DNA of 57,504 nucleotides, taken from positions 1-57,504 of the IMG/VR virus record IMGVR_UViG_3300048577_000448. One strand, written 5' to 3'. The notes under the pieces are model-generated. The model was not told the origin of the DNA and did no database searches. It saw nothing but the letters and a program-made list of their open reading frames with translations. This document shows positions 28,876 through 38,800 of this stretch, one piece after another. This DNA is from a virus. Lineage: Duplodnaviria > Caudoviricetes. Every line of letters starts with the position of its first letter. Position 1 is the stretch's first letter. Made by a program: the position numbers and the translations under genes.

Positions 28876-29490
28876 GTGAAAGCGACAAATGAAGAAATAA
28901 GGTTTGGCCTGTGGCACAGCCAAGGGCTGACCTCGACAGAGAAAATGGTGGCGCTGTGCGTAGTTCATTACAGGGACGGCGAACATTCGAACACGTCCCA
29001 GCGATACATTGCCAGAAGGACAGGTTTTTCACTTCGCACAGTCAATAGCGCGTTGGCTTCTCTTCAGCGTAAATCAATTCTCGCCATTTGGCCGGGGAAG
29101 AATGATTTTTGCCGGTACGAATTTAACGATCCTCTCTTTGTATTAAATAGTGCGCAACTCTCGCGTACCCCACCTGCGCCAAAACCGATCAAGTTTTCAG
29201 CCGACGATGGCTGTATTCCGGCCTGGGAAGCCACAAAACCGAAGGTGGACGATTATCCGCCCGAGGATGAAATGGCGAAATCAGACTTCGACGAGTTGGT
29301 GCGAATTCACCGGCTGCTTCCCAAGCCCGAACCGATCAAACCATGGCCCCTGAACACGGACGTTCTGACGGCCAACATCCGGGATGACTCAAGCCGTGAT
29401 CCAGACGAGTTGTCGACGGCCGATTGGAAGAGACACGAGATGATGGCGGAGTTGTTGATGGGAATTGACGAAAGAAAGGCGGTGGCGTGA
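28876..29490 (+). CDS. Winged-HTH (HTH_36-like) protein
   Basis: LTSTEKMV...SQRYIARRTGFSLRTVNSALASL. Confidence 0.65.
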   Translation: MKATNEEIRFGLWHSQGLTSTEKMVALCVVHYRDGEHSNTSQRYIARRTGFSLRTVNSALASLQRKSILAIWPGKNDFCRYEFNDPLFVLNSAQLSRTPPAPKPIKFSADDGCIPAWEATKPKVDDYPPEDEMAKSDFDELVRIHRLLPKPEPIKPWPLNTDVLTANIRDDSSRDPDELSTADWKRHEMMAELLMGIDERKAVA

Positions 29491-29984
29491 TGGCTGGGAA
29501 GCCCGTTTACGACAAAGCTTTGTTCAAGGTTATTTGCGACAGAATGGCCGCCGGGGAAAGCCTTCGGTCTGTGTGCAGGGACGAGGGAATGCCGGCTCCT
29601 TCGACTGTGAGGCTGTGGGTTTTGCAAGACCAGTCATTGGCTGAACAGTACGCTCGTGCGCGAGAGAGTCTCTATGAGCATTGGGCTGACGAATTGCTTG
29701 AGATTTCTGACGACGGATCCAACGACTACATGGAGCGTCTCACCAAGAATGGAGACACTGAAACGGTCGTCAACAACGAGCACATCAACCGTTCTCGTCT
29801 GCGCGTTGATTCTCGGAAGTGGCTGCTCTCCAAGTTGCTACCGAAGAAGTACGGCGACAAGGCTTCGGTGGAGTTGACGGGCAAGGACGGTGGCCCCGTC
29901 CAGACCGAAACCACCATCTCCGTAGTCCAGTCCATCATGGCCGAAATCGACGGGAGCACGGCGCATGTCCAACTGTCCGAGTGA
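29487..29984 (+). CDS. terS: Terminase small subunit
   Basis: ICDRMAAGESLRSVC, YARAR, SRLRVDSRKWLLSKL.PKKYG, LTGKDGGP. Confidence 0.9.
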   Translation: MMAGKPVYDKALFKVICDRMAAGESLRSVCRDEGMPAPSTVRLWVLQDQSLAEQYARARESLYEHWADELLEISDDGSNDYMERLTKNGDTETVVNNEHINRSRLRVDSRKWLLSKLLPKKYGDKASVELTGKDGGPVQTETTISVVQSIMAEIDGSTAHVQLSE

Positions 29985-31470
29985 TGCCGAGTTTGCCGAG
30001 CTGAAGCGCTGCTTCGCCGACCGCACTTGGCGGCTTAATAACCTTTACTGGATCACCGACAAGCGCAGCAACCGCGTCAAGTTCAAGCTGAACACGGCAC
30101 AGGCGAAGCTCGTCAAGGACATGCACAATCGCAACGTCACCCTCAAGTGTCGACAGAAAGGGATAACGACGTTCTGGTGCATTTTTGCGTTGGACGCTGC
30201 TCTGTTCAACTCCAATTTCTCGGCTGGTATCATCGCTCACAACCTGGACGACGCGAAGGAAATCTTCCGAACTAAGGTCAAGTTTCCTTACGACAACTTG
30301 CCCGAGTCGATACGCAAGGCCCGGCCAGCCAGCCAGGAACAGGCCGGCATGCTGGTGTTTGACAACAACTCCAAGATTTCCGTCAGCACGTCGTTCCGTT
30401 CGGGGACGCTTAACCTGCTCCACGTGTCAGAGCTTGGCAAGATCGCAGCCAAGTACCCGGACCGGGCCAGGGAAATCAAATCTGGCGCGCTGGAGGCTGT
30501 CCCCATGGACGGCATCGCCAGCTACGAGTCCACGGCCGAAGGCGCATGTGGCTACTTCTACGACGTGTGCAAGGAAGCGCAGGACCACGCGGCTAGTGGC
30601 AATAAGCTTACGCCCCTGGACTTCAAATTTCACTTCTTCCCGTGGTGGATTGACGACGAATACGAGATGTCGCCGGACGGCGTGGTCATCACGGCCGAGC
30701 TGGAGAAGTATTTTACCGAGCTTGAGGCCAACACGGGCGCGTTGCTCTCCCCCAGGAAGCGGGCTTGGTACGCAGTCAAATACAAGAACCTGGGCGACGA
30801 TACCCTCAGGGAATATCCCTCGACGCCGGAGGAAGCGTTCCGCGCGTCCGTCCAAGGGGCCTACTACTCGGCGCAATTCGCCAGGGTGCGGGCCGAGAAG
30901 CGGATTGTCAATATCCCCATCGAGGACGGTATCCCGGTCAATACGGCCTGGGATTTGGGCATGGACGACTACACGGCCATTGTCTTCTATCAGAACGTCG
31001 GTCGTGAGATTCGCTTTATAGACTACCACGAGAACAACGGAGAGGGGCTGTCTCACTACAAGCGCGTGCTTGAGGAAAGAGGATACCTCTACGGAAACCA
31101 CTACTTCCCCCATGACATCAAGGTTCGTGAGCTTTCAGGCGACGGAAAGAGCCGCAAGGAATCTCTAGAAGCCATGGGTATCAGGGTTACTATTGCGCCA
31201 AACCTTGCAGTGAGCGACGGAATTGAAGCTTCACGTAAGCTTTTATCCATGTGTTGGTTCGATGAAAAGCGTTGTGCTACGTTGGTTTCTCGGTTAGAAT
31301 CATACCGTAAATCGTGGAACGATAAGCTGGGCGTGTTTATGGAACAACCAGTGCATGACGAGGCTAGTCACACTGCCGACGCATTCCGATACGCCGCGAT
31401 CACGCACGAGTTCGACACGCCTCACGGGTATCAACCGCCTGGGCAGAAACACAAGAGCAGGGTGTTGTGA
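29965..31470 (+). CDS. terL: Terminase large subunit
   Basis: KCRQKGITT, LHVSE, ESTAEG, nuclease WDLG..D and HD.ASH.ADAFRY. Confidence 0.95.
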   Translation: MSNCPSDAEFAELKRCFADRTWRLNNLYWITDKRSNRVKFKLNTAQAKLVKDMHNRNVTLKCRQKGITTFWCIFALDAALFNSNFSAGIIAHNLDDAKEIFRTKVKFPYDNLPESIRKARPASQEQAGMLVFDNNSKISVSTSFRSGTLNLLHVSELGKIAAKYPDRAREIKSGALEAVPMDGIASYESTAEGACGYFYDVCKEAQDHAASGNKLTPLDFKFHFFPWWIDDEYEMSPDGVVITAELEKYFTELEANTGALLSPRKRAWYAVKYKNLGDDTLREYPSTPEEAFRASVQGAYYSAQFARVRAEKRIVNIPIEDGIPVNTAWDLGMDDYTAIVFYQNVGREIRFIDYHENNGEGLSHYKRVLEERGYLYGNHYFPHDIKVRELSGDGKSRKESLEAMGIRVTIAPNLAVSDGIEASRKLLSMCWFDEKRCATLVSRLESYRKSWNDKLGVFMEQPVHDEASHTADAFRYAAITHEFDTPHGYQPPGQKHKSRVL

Positions 31471-31618
31471 ACAGGATTAAACGATTTTTGCTGGTCGTCT
31501 TGTTCTTGGCTGTATGTGCCGTCTTGAGTGTTGCCATAAATCACTCCCACGTGTTCCGGGTTGTCCTTGTGTCGGCTGTCGGGGCTTGGGGGGTTTGGTC
31601 TATGACAAGGGAGCCGTT

Positions 31619-31867
31619 TTGACCCTCCGCTACGCCTCATCCAACGAACTACGCGACTACCGTTGCCCGCAGTGTCGCCTGTTTATGCAGCGCAGGCCTA
31701 CCGGCGTGGAAGTCGAGTGCCCGAACTGCCACAATATCATCCGAGCGCACGACCACGGGGCCGGCGACTTCACCTTCGAGGTGTGGACGGGAGAGTATGC
31801 GGTGAACGGCGACAAGGAGTGGGTGTGGGTGTTTCCGGGGGAGAAGCAGAAGAGCCGGGTGTTGTAG
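31619..31867 (+). CDS. Zinc-ribbon protein, Mu Com-like
   Basis: DYRCPQC...VEVECPNC; TTG start after AGGGAG. Confidence 0.55.
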   Translation: MTLRYASSNELRDYRCPQCRLFMQRRPTGVEVECPNCHNIIRAHDHGAGDFTFEVWTGEYAVNGDKEWVWVFPGEKQKSRVL

Positions 31868-31999
31868 GCGTCAAGTTAGGGTGTACCCTAAATAGGCGTC
31901 AGGTTAACGGCCATCCCGACAAGTTCCCATGCGACTTTTTAGGCTAGGTCGGCGTGTTTTCTCGACGGTCTTAGAGCCTAACCTGACAGTGAGGTAAAA

Positions 32000-32287
32000 A
32001 TGAGCGACGCGGTATCTATTTCGACCACCAAACAACCGTCTGGCGAAATGATTGTCCGGGCGAAGTTCAACTGCACAGTCCAGACCGTGTTGAGCGAATC
32101 GGATATTTACTCTCGTTGCCTGTCGCCAAAGGACGTGGTTGTTGACCTGATAATGGTGCAAATTGAGCGGGAACTAAGGTACGTCATCGAAGAGCGGATG
32201 CGGCGTGAAAAGATAATCAACGAGAGCACCGACGAAAAGTCCCGATGGCTATTCGAATCTCCAGACACGGGAGATGGCGACCACTGA
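32000..32287 (+). CDS. Hypothetical protein
   Basis: GAGG Shine-Dalgarno, 95 aa. Confidence 0.55.
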   Translation: MSDAVSISTTKQPSGEMIVRAKFNCTVQTVLSESDIYSRCLSPKDVVVDLIMVQIERELRYVIEERMRREKIINESTDEKSRWLFESPDTGDGDH

Positions 32288-32476
32288 GCGGATACATCAC
32301 CGACAGACTGGAAGACGCGCGCCAGTACGCAGCGGCCTACATGCGCTCACGCAGCGAGGCTGGCACGCTGATGCAGGATGTTGTCTGGTCGCGGAAGGGC
32401 CTATGTTACGCGGTGTTCGATATGCTGGACATTCTTCCGCCGGAGCAGATGGATGAGTTTTTTCTGGGGGCGGGTG

Positions 32477-32914
32477 ATGAGCGAGAATAGAGATATGGAT
32501 TTGGACGCCATCGAAACGTCTTTCCGAAATAACGCCGACAAAGACTGGGAAGGCGGCCTCCAGACGCGTTTCGCTGTAAATGGGTTGGTTGTTTTAGGGG
32601 AGCACCTTGTTTCCAGGGTGCGGGAGTTGGAGGAGGCTTTGGCCCGTCTGTTCTCTCGGACAGGCACGGGCATGGATTGGACGAATGGCGAGGGATTGGA
32701 AATTATCACTCGGGCCAATAACGCGCTTATTGGGAAATCCATTCCTCCGCTCAACCGCCTTGACGATCTCGAAAACGACAACGCCGCCCTCCGTCTCGCC
32801 GCGACCGAGCTTTACGAGTTCGTCACCCACGACTGCGGCATCGAGTCGCAGGGCATGGACGCGATTTACAGGATGGCGAACGTGTTGGGGGTGGTGAAGG
32901 AGGTAAAGTTTTAA
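32477..32914 (+). CDS. Hypothetical protein (Ead-like)
   Basis: MDLDAIE...LVSRVRELEEAL pattern; start approximate. Confidence 0.5.
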   Translation: MSENRDMDLDAIETSFRNNADKDWEGGLQTRFAVNGLVVLGEHLVSRVRELEEALARLFSRTGTGMDWTNGEGLEIITRANNALIGKSIPPLNRLDDLENDNAALRLAATELYEFVTHDCGIESQGMDAIYRMANVLGVVKEVKF

Positions 32915-33858
32915 TGAGTCGGCCAAGAGACCTCACGGGGGAGAAGTTTAATAAACTTTTGGTTCTCGGAAGGGTAGAAGGCGAGAACGGTAAACTTAGC
33001 CCGAAATGGAGATGCCTGTGCGACTGTGGGAACGAGACGGTTTCTGCAGGAGCTAAAATAACCTCCGGAACGACAAAATCTTGCGGTTGCTTGAGGATTG
33101 GTCCCAAAGAAGACTTGGTTGGAAAAAGGTTTGGTAGGTTGACGGTCGTTTCCTTGGGGGACAGGGACAAAACAAACAAAATAAAGTGGAAATGCTTGTG
33201 CGATTGTGGTGTAGAAACTGTTTTGCGTGGACAGTCTTTGAAATCTGGAGAGGTAAAGTCATGCGGGTGTTTGGGTAAAGAGACCAAGTTCAAACTAGGT
33301 CACGGGAAAATAGACTTAATTGGTAAGGTTTTTTCTAGGCTCACTGTCATAGAAGATGGTGGGAAGACACACGATGGACGTCAGCTTTGGATTTGCAAAT
33401 GTGAATGCGGAAACGTTAAATCTGTGTATGCGCAGGGATTGAGAAGCGGACATACAAAGTCTTGCGGGTGTTATGATTTACAATTAAAAAGAGAGCGAAG
33501 AGGGATAAAACATCCAAATTTCAACCAAGACCTTACAGATGAAGAAAGGATGAAAGATCGCTCCCATGTTTTGGTCGATTTGTGGTCAAAAGCAGTTCTA
33601 ATAAAAGATGGATATACATGCAGAAAATGCGGAAAGACCGGTGGAAGGCTTGAGGCGCACCATCTTGATGGGTGGCACTGGTGTAAAGACAAGAGGTTTG
33701 ATTTGCTGAACGGTGGGTGTTTGTGCGTTTCTTGTCATAAAAGCTTTCATCGCACATTTGGAATAAAACATAACACTCGTGATCAATTTTTAGATTTTAC
33801 TGGTGAAAACATAAAATATGTAAGCCAGCCTAGCGCCGGAGTGGCGGCAAACTCATGA
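32914..33858 (+). CDS. Free-standing HNH homing endonuclease with three repeated DNA-binding modules
   Basis: Three DL.G..F..L.V...W.C.C(D/E)CG...KSCGC repeats; C-terminal CRKC...AHHL...NG.CLC.SCH..FH; visibly AT-richer than its flanks. Confidence 0.88.
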   Translation: MSRPRDLTGEKFNKLLVLGRVEGENGKLSPKWRCLCDCGNETVSAGAKITSGTTKSCGCLRIGPKEDLVGKRFGRLTVVSLGDRDKTNKIKWKCLCDCGVETVLRGQSLKSGEVKSCGCLGKETKFKLGHGKIDLIGKVFSRLTVIEDGGKTHDGRQLWICKCECGNVKSVYAQGLRSGHTKSCGCYDLQLKRERRGIKHPNFNQDLTDEERMKDRSHVLVDLWSKAVLIKDGYTCRKCGKTGGRLEAHHLDGWHWCKDKRFDLLNGGCLCVSCHKSFHRTFGIKHNTRDQFLDFTGENIKYVSQPSAGVAANS

Positions 33859-34640
33859 AGCGCGTCGTAGTGATTTCCGACAAGCATTGCGGGCACCTGT
33901 CTGGTTTAACACCACCAGCTTGGCATTATCCGCTCGGCATTGGTCCTGATTACGTCCGCCAATGGGCCGGTGTCCAGCGGGAGTTGTGGGGATGGTACCA
34001 GAGGACCATGGCTGAATTGCAGCCTATCCATGTGCTTATCGACAACGGGGACGCGATAGACGGTAAGGGATCGCGCTCTGGCGGGACGGAACTTGTCACC
34101 TCGGATATGGCGCAGCAGGCCGATATGGCCGCATGGTGCATGAAAGAGGCCAAGGCCGAAAAGACTTTTTGTACCTTCGGTACGCCGTATCACGTTTCCG
34201 CAGATGGTGAAGATATGGAGGCCGTCGCTGCCAGAGAAGTCGGAGCGTCCATAGACGGACACGTTTGGATCGACGTTAACGGGCTCATTTTTGACGTGAA
34301 GCACAAAGTAGGATCGTCTGGAGTTCCGCATGGCCGATACACTTCCATGGCGAAAGAGAATGTTTGGAACCTTTTCTGGAAAGAGATTGGCGGGCAGCCC
34401 CGCGCGAAGGTATTTATTCGGTCGCACGTCCATTCATTCAACTACTGTGGTAACGACACATTCCTAGCGGTCACGACACCAGCTCTTCAGGGATTCGGTT
34501 CTAAATTTGGCTCACGTGCTTGTTCTGGAGTTGTTGATTTCGGGTTTCTTAGTTTTGACGTTCAAGACAATGGTGATTTTTCATGGAGGTCTCACTTGCT
34601 AACAATTAAAACAGCCAGGCCTCTTCCTGTGAGGGTGTAA
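33855..34640 (+). CDS. Calcineurin-like metallophosphoesterase
   Basis: ISDKHCGH, NGDAIDG, GTPYH, RSHVH. Confidence 0.8.
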   Translation: MKRVVVISDKHCGHLSGLTPPAWHYPLGIGPDYVRQWAGVQRELWGWYQRTMAELQPIHVLIDNGDAIDGKGSRSGGTELVTSDMAQQADMAAWCMKEAKAEKTFCTFGTPYHVSADGEDMEAVAAREVGASIDGHVWIDVNGLIFDVKHKVGSSGVPHGRYTSMAKENVWNLFWKEIGGQPRAKVFIRSHVHSFNYCGNDTFLAVTTPALQGFGSKFGSRACSGVVDFGFLSFDVQDNGDFSWRSHLLTIKTARPLPVRV

Positions 34641-34641
34641 T

Positions 34642-34911
34642 ATGGAAATGGCAATACATCATAACGACAAATCCGCGATAAACGTCGATTTCGACGCTCT
34701 ATTCGCCGGCCTCAACCTCCAGCCAGGGGGAGATGGCTACACCACTAAAGAGATCATGGACGCCACCCGCATGGGCACAGACGCGGCCAGGTCCAAGATC
34801 CGCCGAGCGTTGGAGGCCGGTATCTGTACCCGCAGCGAGAAGTGGGTTGAGCGCATTGACGGGCGCATGACGCGGGTAACGAGCTATGTTTTCAAGGGAC
34901 AGGGGGAATAG
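34642..34911 (+). CDS. Small winged-helix-like protein
   Basis: GYTTKEIMDATRMG...RSKIRRALEAG. Confidence 0.5.
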   Translation: MEMAIHHNDKSAINVDFDALFAGLNLQPGGDGYTTKEIMDATRMGTDAARSKIRRALEAGICTRSEKWVERIDGRMTRVTSYVFKGQGE

Positions 34912-34913
34912 CG

Positions 34914-35099
34914 ATGCTTACTGGCTGGAAGGAAATCGAGCAGCACGTGGGACTGACGCAAAAGGTTCTTCGTCCGCTCATTGAGACCGAGGGAGTTCCA
35001 ATCCGTTACATCGGGAAGAAGCCAGTAACCACCCCAGAACTTCTTGACGAGTGGGTTGTCAGGTATGTAACCGGAGAAAACGGTAAAACACGTCAATAA
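34914..35099 (+). CDS. Small excisionase-like DNA-binding protein
   Basis: LTGWKEI...LDEWV motif. Confidence 0.6.
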   Translation: MLTGWKEIEQHVGLTQKVLRPLIETEGVPIRYIGKKPVTTPELLDEWVVRYVTGENGKTRQ

Positions 35100-35192
35100 G
35101 TTTATTCGTCTATACAAAGACGTTTCGCATCCATTCGCATCCGTAGACGGATTTTACCGGATGCGTCTAATACGTGGGCTATTGTGTGGCCC

Positions 35193-37418
35193 ATGCCGCA
35201 GGCTCTCACCGACACCGACATTATCAACGCTATCCAAGGCGACATTGACGCTGCAAAGGCCTATCAACAGGACTTGTCGGCCGAGCGCGAACGCCTGTAC
35301 GCCATTTACCGGGCGCAGCCATACGGCAATGAGGTCGAAGGCTGGTCGCAGGTCGTCCACCCCACGGCCTACAGCGCTGTAGAGTGGCTTAAGCCCGGTC
35401 TGCTTGAAATTTTCATCGGTGATTTCTTCTCGTTTTCTCCGATCAAGAAAGAATTGCCTCCCCCCGTCCAGCCCCCCGACTCCCCCGCAGCGGCTTCGGC
35501 CGCCCCTGGTCCTTTCGGTCGTCCCGGTGCGACTTCTTCCGCTCCGGGCGGCCTACCGGGGAGAAAGTCCTCTGATCCCGCAAGCGAGTCGGCCAAGCGC
35601 CTGAAGTCCTACATTCGCCACAAGTTGTTTAACCAGCTCGACGGCGAACAGTTGGTTGACGATGGCATCCACGACGCGCTCACGTCCCACTATGCCATTG
35701 CCAAGGTTACCCAGCGGGAAGACTACGACATTGACGTCGAACCGCTGGAGCGGGCGTCTACGGCCGAAATCGCGGCCATGATGGCGGATGACCCTGAGAT
35801 CGTGGACATTCGCGGTGGCAACGCTGTCCAGGAATTTGACAGCACCACAGGCTACTACTGGGAGGGCATCGAAGGGGCCGAGATCGTGCGCCGCAAGGTG
35901 CATTACCAAGGCTTCTACGTCGAGATCGTGCCGCCCAGCGAGTTGTATTTCCTCCCTGGCTACTCCGATTTGCAGAAGAATCCGCTCGTGGCCCATGTGG
36001 TCAAGCGCGACCTTGACTACGTGCTGCGCCAGGAAATGGCCGGCGTGTATCGCCCTGGATCCCGTGACCGCGTCAAGTCCAAGTTGGACCAGCGCGGCGA
36101 CCCGACCGAGACGGAGTCTGAACGCTTGCTGCATAGCGCCGTGGACGGGGTCTTAAAAGCGTCGGACTATGGCGAGGGCGCGGTTTCACCCAACAAGCTG
36201 CGCACCCCTGGTAACGAGGTGTTGATTTGGGAGTGCTACTGTCGCCTGGACATTCGCGGTGACGGCTTGCTCCGCCCGTGCATTGTCACAATCTGTGAAA
36301 ACGAGGTGCTTAGGGAGCCCATCGAGAACCCCTATGGTGGGCCTCCGTTCGAGCTTGGCTACGTCGCCAAGGAGCCCGGCAAAATCATCGGCCGGCCCGT
36401 GGTGGCGGTCCTGGAGCAGCAGCAGAAGGTTTTGACCAACCTTTTGCGCAACATCCAGGACAGCGCTGCCAAGAGCACTTACAGCGGCTGGATCACGTCC
36501 GACCCGCGCAGCCGCAATGCGCTCATGGATTTCTCGCCCGCCTCGGTCATGATGGTTCCTGACATCACCAAGATTCAGCAGATCGAGACGGCCGCCCCGT
36601 CGCAGTTCATTTTCAATGCGTTCCAGCTTTCGCTTCAGGAAACGAGCAAGGAAGCCGGCGTCAACGAGAATATGCAGGGTCTGGACAACAACAGCCTCAA
36701 TAAGACCGCGCAGGGAATGAACATGCGCTTGACTGCCGCGATGATGCGGCAAAAGCACATGGCCCGCAACCTCGCCCGTTGGTGGCGGCGCATCCTTCGG
36801 CGTATCCTTGACGTGATCCGCCAGTTCCCTCCGGTAGACGACGTGCGATTTGTCGGTGCAGACGTGGCGCTCAAGCCAGAGGACATCGAAGGGCAGTACA
36901 CCATTGACATTGAGGTTGGTGTCGGTCCGCAGGATCGGCAGCAGCAATCAGGGATGATGCGCGAACTTGTCCAAATGCTCATTCAACAGTTCATTCCAAA
37001 CGGGCAAGCGACTCCGCAGCAGTTGACCAAGGCCACTATTGCCATGTTCGAGTACATGGACATGGACGTCTCGCCCTATCTTCTCCCCGAAGACGAAATT
37101 GAGCCCTGGCAGATGGTCCAGAAGCAAATGGGCCTGCTGCGGCAGCAGATGGAACAGATGCAGAAAGAGCTTCAGCGTCGGCAACCGCAGCAGGGCAACC
37201 CCCAGGAAGAGGCTGCGAGGTTTCAACTTGACGCGCAGGCGCAGCGGCACAGTCAGGCCATGGACGAACGGAATTTCCAGCTCGACGCACAAAGCAGGGC
37301 GGCCGAGTTGGCGCTTGAGGACAAGAAAATCACGCTGGACGCGGTGAAGTCCATGCAGCCGCAGCCGGGCATCCCGGTCGCTGGCGCGCAAACGGGCTTC
37401 TCGGGTTTTCCGAGCTAG
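35193..37418 (+). CDS. Portal protein (podovirus / P22-like)
   Basis: About 740 aa after terL; YGNEVEGWSQVV, IDIEVGVG, Q-rich C-terminal barrel. Confidence 0.88.
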   Translation: MPQALTDTDIINAIQGDIDAAKAYQQDLSAERERLYAIYRAQPYGNEVEGWSQVVHPTAYSAVEWLKPGLLEIFIGDFFSFSPIKKELPPPVQPPDSPAAASAAPGPFGRPGATSSAPGGLPGRKSSDPASESAKRLKSYIRHKLFNQLDGEQLVDDGIHDALTSHYAIAKVTQREDYDIDVEPLERASTAEIAAMMADDPEIVDIRGGNAVQEFDSTTGYYWEGIEGAEIVRRKVHYQGFYVEIVPPSELYFLPGYSDLQKNPLVAHVVKRDLDYVLRQEMAGVYRPGSRDRVKSKLDQRGDPTETESERLLHSAVDGVLKASDYGEGAVSPNKLRTPGNEVLIWECYCRLDIRGDGLLRPCIVTICENEVLREPIENPYGGPPFELGYVAKEPGKIIGRPVVAVLEQQQKVLTNLLRNIQDSAAKSTYSGWITSDPRSRNALMDFSPASVMMVPDITKIQQIETAAPSQFIFNAFQLSLQETSKEAGVNENMQGLDNNSLNKTAQGMNMRLTAAMMRQKHMARNLARWWRRILRRILDVIRQFPPVDDVRFVGADVALKPEDIEGQYTIDIEVGVGPQDRQQQSGMMRELVQMLIQQFIPNGQATPQQLTKATIAMFEYMDMDVSPYLLPEDEIEPWQMVQKQMGLLRQQMEQMQKELQRRQPQQGNPQEEAARFQLDAQAQRHSQAMDERNFQLDAQSRAAELALEDKKITLDAVKSMQPQPGIPVAGAQTGFSGFPS

Positions 37419-37427
37419 GGAGGCAAC

Positions 37428-37733
37428 ATGGTCGGACTCATGGACGATGACAATTACGGCAGCTACGGCGGCGAACCGGGAGCGATGGTCCCGCCTCGTG
37501 GCGTGGCTGTGCCGCAGCCGCAGGGCGTCAATCCCGTTCAAATCTTGGCCCAGGAGCTTCAGAAAACGCAGGCCGAGGTCGCGCAGATGAAGCAGATCGT
37601 TATCAAGTTGGTGGAGTTCGCCCAGGCGATGGAAAGCCAGGTGCGACCGCCGCAAGGACCGCCGCAGGGTGGTATGCCGCCGCAGATGCAGCCCGGAATG
37701 CCGCAGGGTCAGCCGGATATGCCGAGGCAGTAG
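37428..37733 (+). CDS. Pro/Gln-rich head-associated protein
   Basis: GGAGG Shine-Dalgarno; follows the portal. Confidence 0.6.
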   Translation: MVGLMDDDNYGSYGGEPGAMVPPRGVAVPQPQGVNPVQILAQELQKTQAEVAQMKQIVIKLVEFAQAMESQVRPPQGPPQGGMPPQMQPGMPQGQPDMPRQ

Positions 37734-37735
37734 CC

Positions 37736-38302
37736 GTGAAGATAATCCTGTGTGACCTGAACCCTGCCATGGTCGAAGCATGGCGTAGTGTATCCATGCC
37801 GGATGGCGTGAGTGTCGTCCGGGCAAACATTCTCGACCTTGCCGCCGATGCCATCGTGTCCCCAGCCAACAGCTTCGGCTTTATGGATGGCGGCATAGAC
37901 CTTGCCTATTCTCAGCGCTTTGGCTGGGGCGTCCAGAGAGACTTGCAATCGTTTATCAAGCAACTTTCTGGTGAGCTTCTAGTTGGTCAGACAATCGTTA
38001 TCAGCACAAACGATAGGTCTATCCCCAGCCTTATTTCCGCCCCAACCATGCGCGTTCCAATGCAACTGTTTGACGGCACGAATGTTTACCTGGCTACCAG
38101 GGCGGCCATTTTGACTGCCAAAGAGTGTGACTTTGGTTCCATCCTCATGCCGGGCATGGGAACAGGTTGCGGAGGTCTGGATTGCACGGTTGCGGCAAAA
38201 GCCATGAGAAAGGGAATTTTCGACGCCATTCACGGCCTTGACTTCCCGCAGTCATGGCACGAGGCGGCGCAAAGCCACGCTCGGCAGACAGGGGCGGTAT
38301 AG
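37736..38302 (+). CDS. Macrodomain (ADP-ribose hydrolase) protein
   Basis: DAIVSPANSFGFMDGGIDLA, APTMRVP, PGMGTGCG. Confidence 0.92.
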   Translation: MKIILCDLNPAMVEAWRSVSMPDGVSVVRANILDLAADAIVSPANSFGFMDGGIDLAYSQRFGWGVQRDLQSFIKQLSGELLVGQTIVISTNDRSIPSLISAPTMRVPMQLFDGTNVYLATRAAILTAKECDFGSILMPGMGTGCGGLDCTVAAKAMRKGIFDAIHGLDFPQSWHEAAQSHARQTGAV

Positions 38303-38593
38303 ATGGCTGACCACGACGCCCTTATCGCCCGCGCACACGCCGGCAAACGGGTGGCCGACTTCATGGCCGACCCCGAAGTGAACGTGGAGTACAACAAGGC
38401 CATTGCCAACCTTGAGTCCAACATTTTGGCGCTTGACCCCAAGGCCACGCAAGATTTCACCATTGCCAGATCCATGTTGGTCGGCATCCAGTCGTTTTGG
38501 GACGCGCTTGGCGGGGTCGTCGCCAGGGGTAAGGACGCCGAGGCCGAGATGGCCGGCCAAAAGAAAGCAAACACCCAAGGGAGGGTTTTGTAA
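38303..38593 (+). CDS. Hypothetical head-module protein
   Basis: 96 aa between portal and scaffold. Confidence 0.65.
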   Translation: MADHDALIARAHAGKRVADFMADPEVNVEYNKAIANLESNILALDPKATQDFTIARSMLVGIQSFWDALGGVVARGKDAEAEMAGQKKANTQGRVL

Positions 38594-38797
38594 ATGCACG
38601 GGTACAAACTCGGCGCGGGGATACGCGCGAAGCGACAACTGAAACAGGCGGCCGAGGTACTTGACCCGCTCCTCGCCCCGCACCTTGACCGTTTGGACGC
38701 CCTGGAGGCGCGCATCGAGGCGCTTGAGTCCGGGGCCATCACCATGACCGAACCCGCAAAGCGCGGCCCTGGTCGGCCGCCGAAGGACAAGGAGTAG
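38594..38797 (+). CDS. Small protein with an AT-hook-like tail
   Basis: KRGPGRPPK. Confidence 0.6.
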   Translation: MHGYKLGAGIRAKRQLKQAAEVLDPLLAPHLDRLDALEARIEALESGAITMTEPAKRGPGRPPKDKE

Positions 38798-38800
38798 AAT

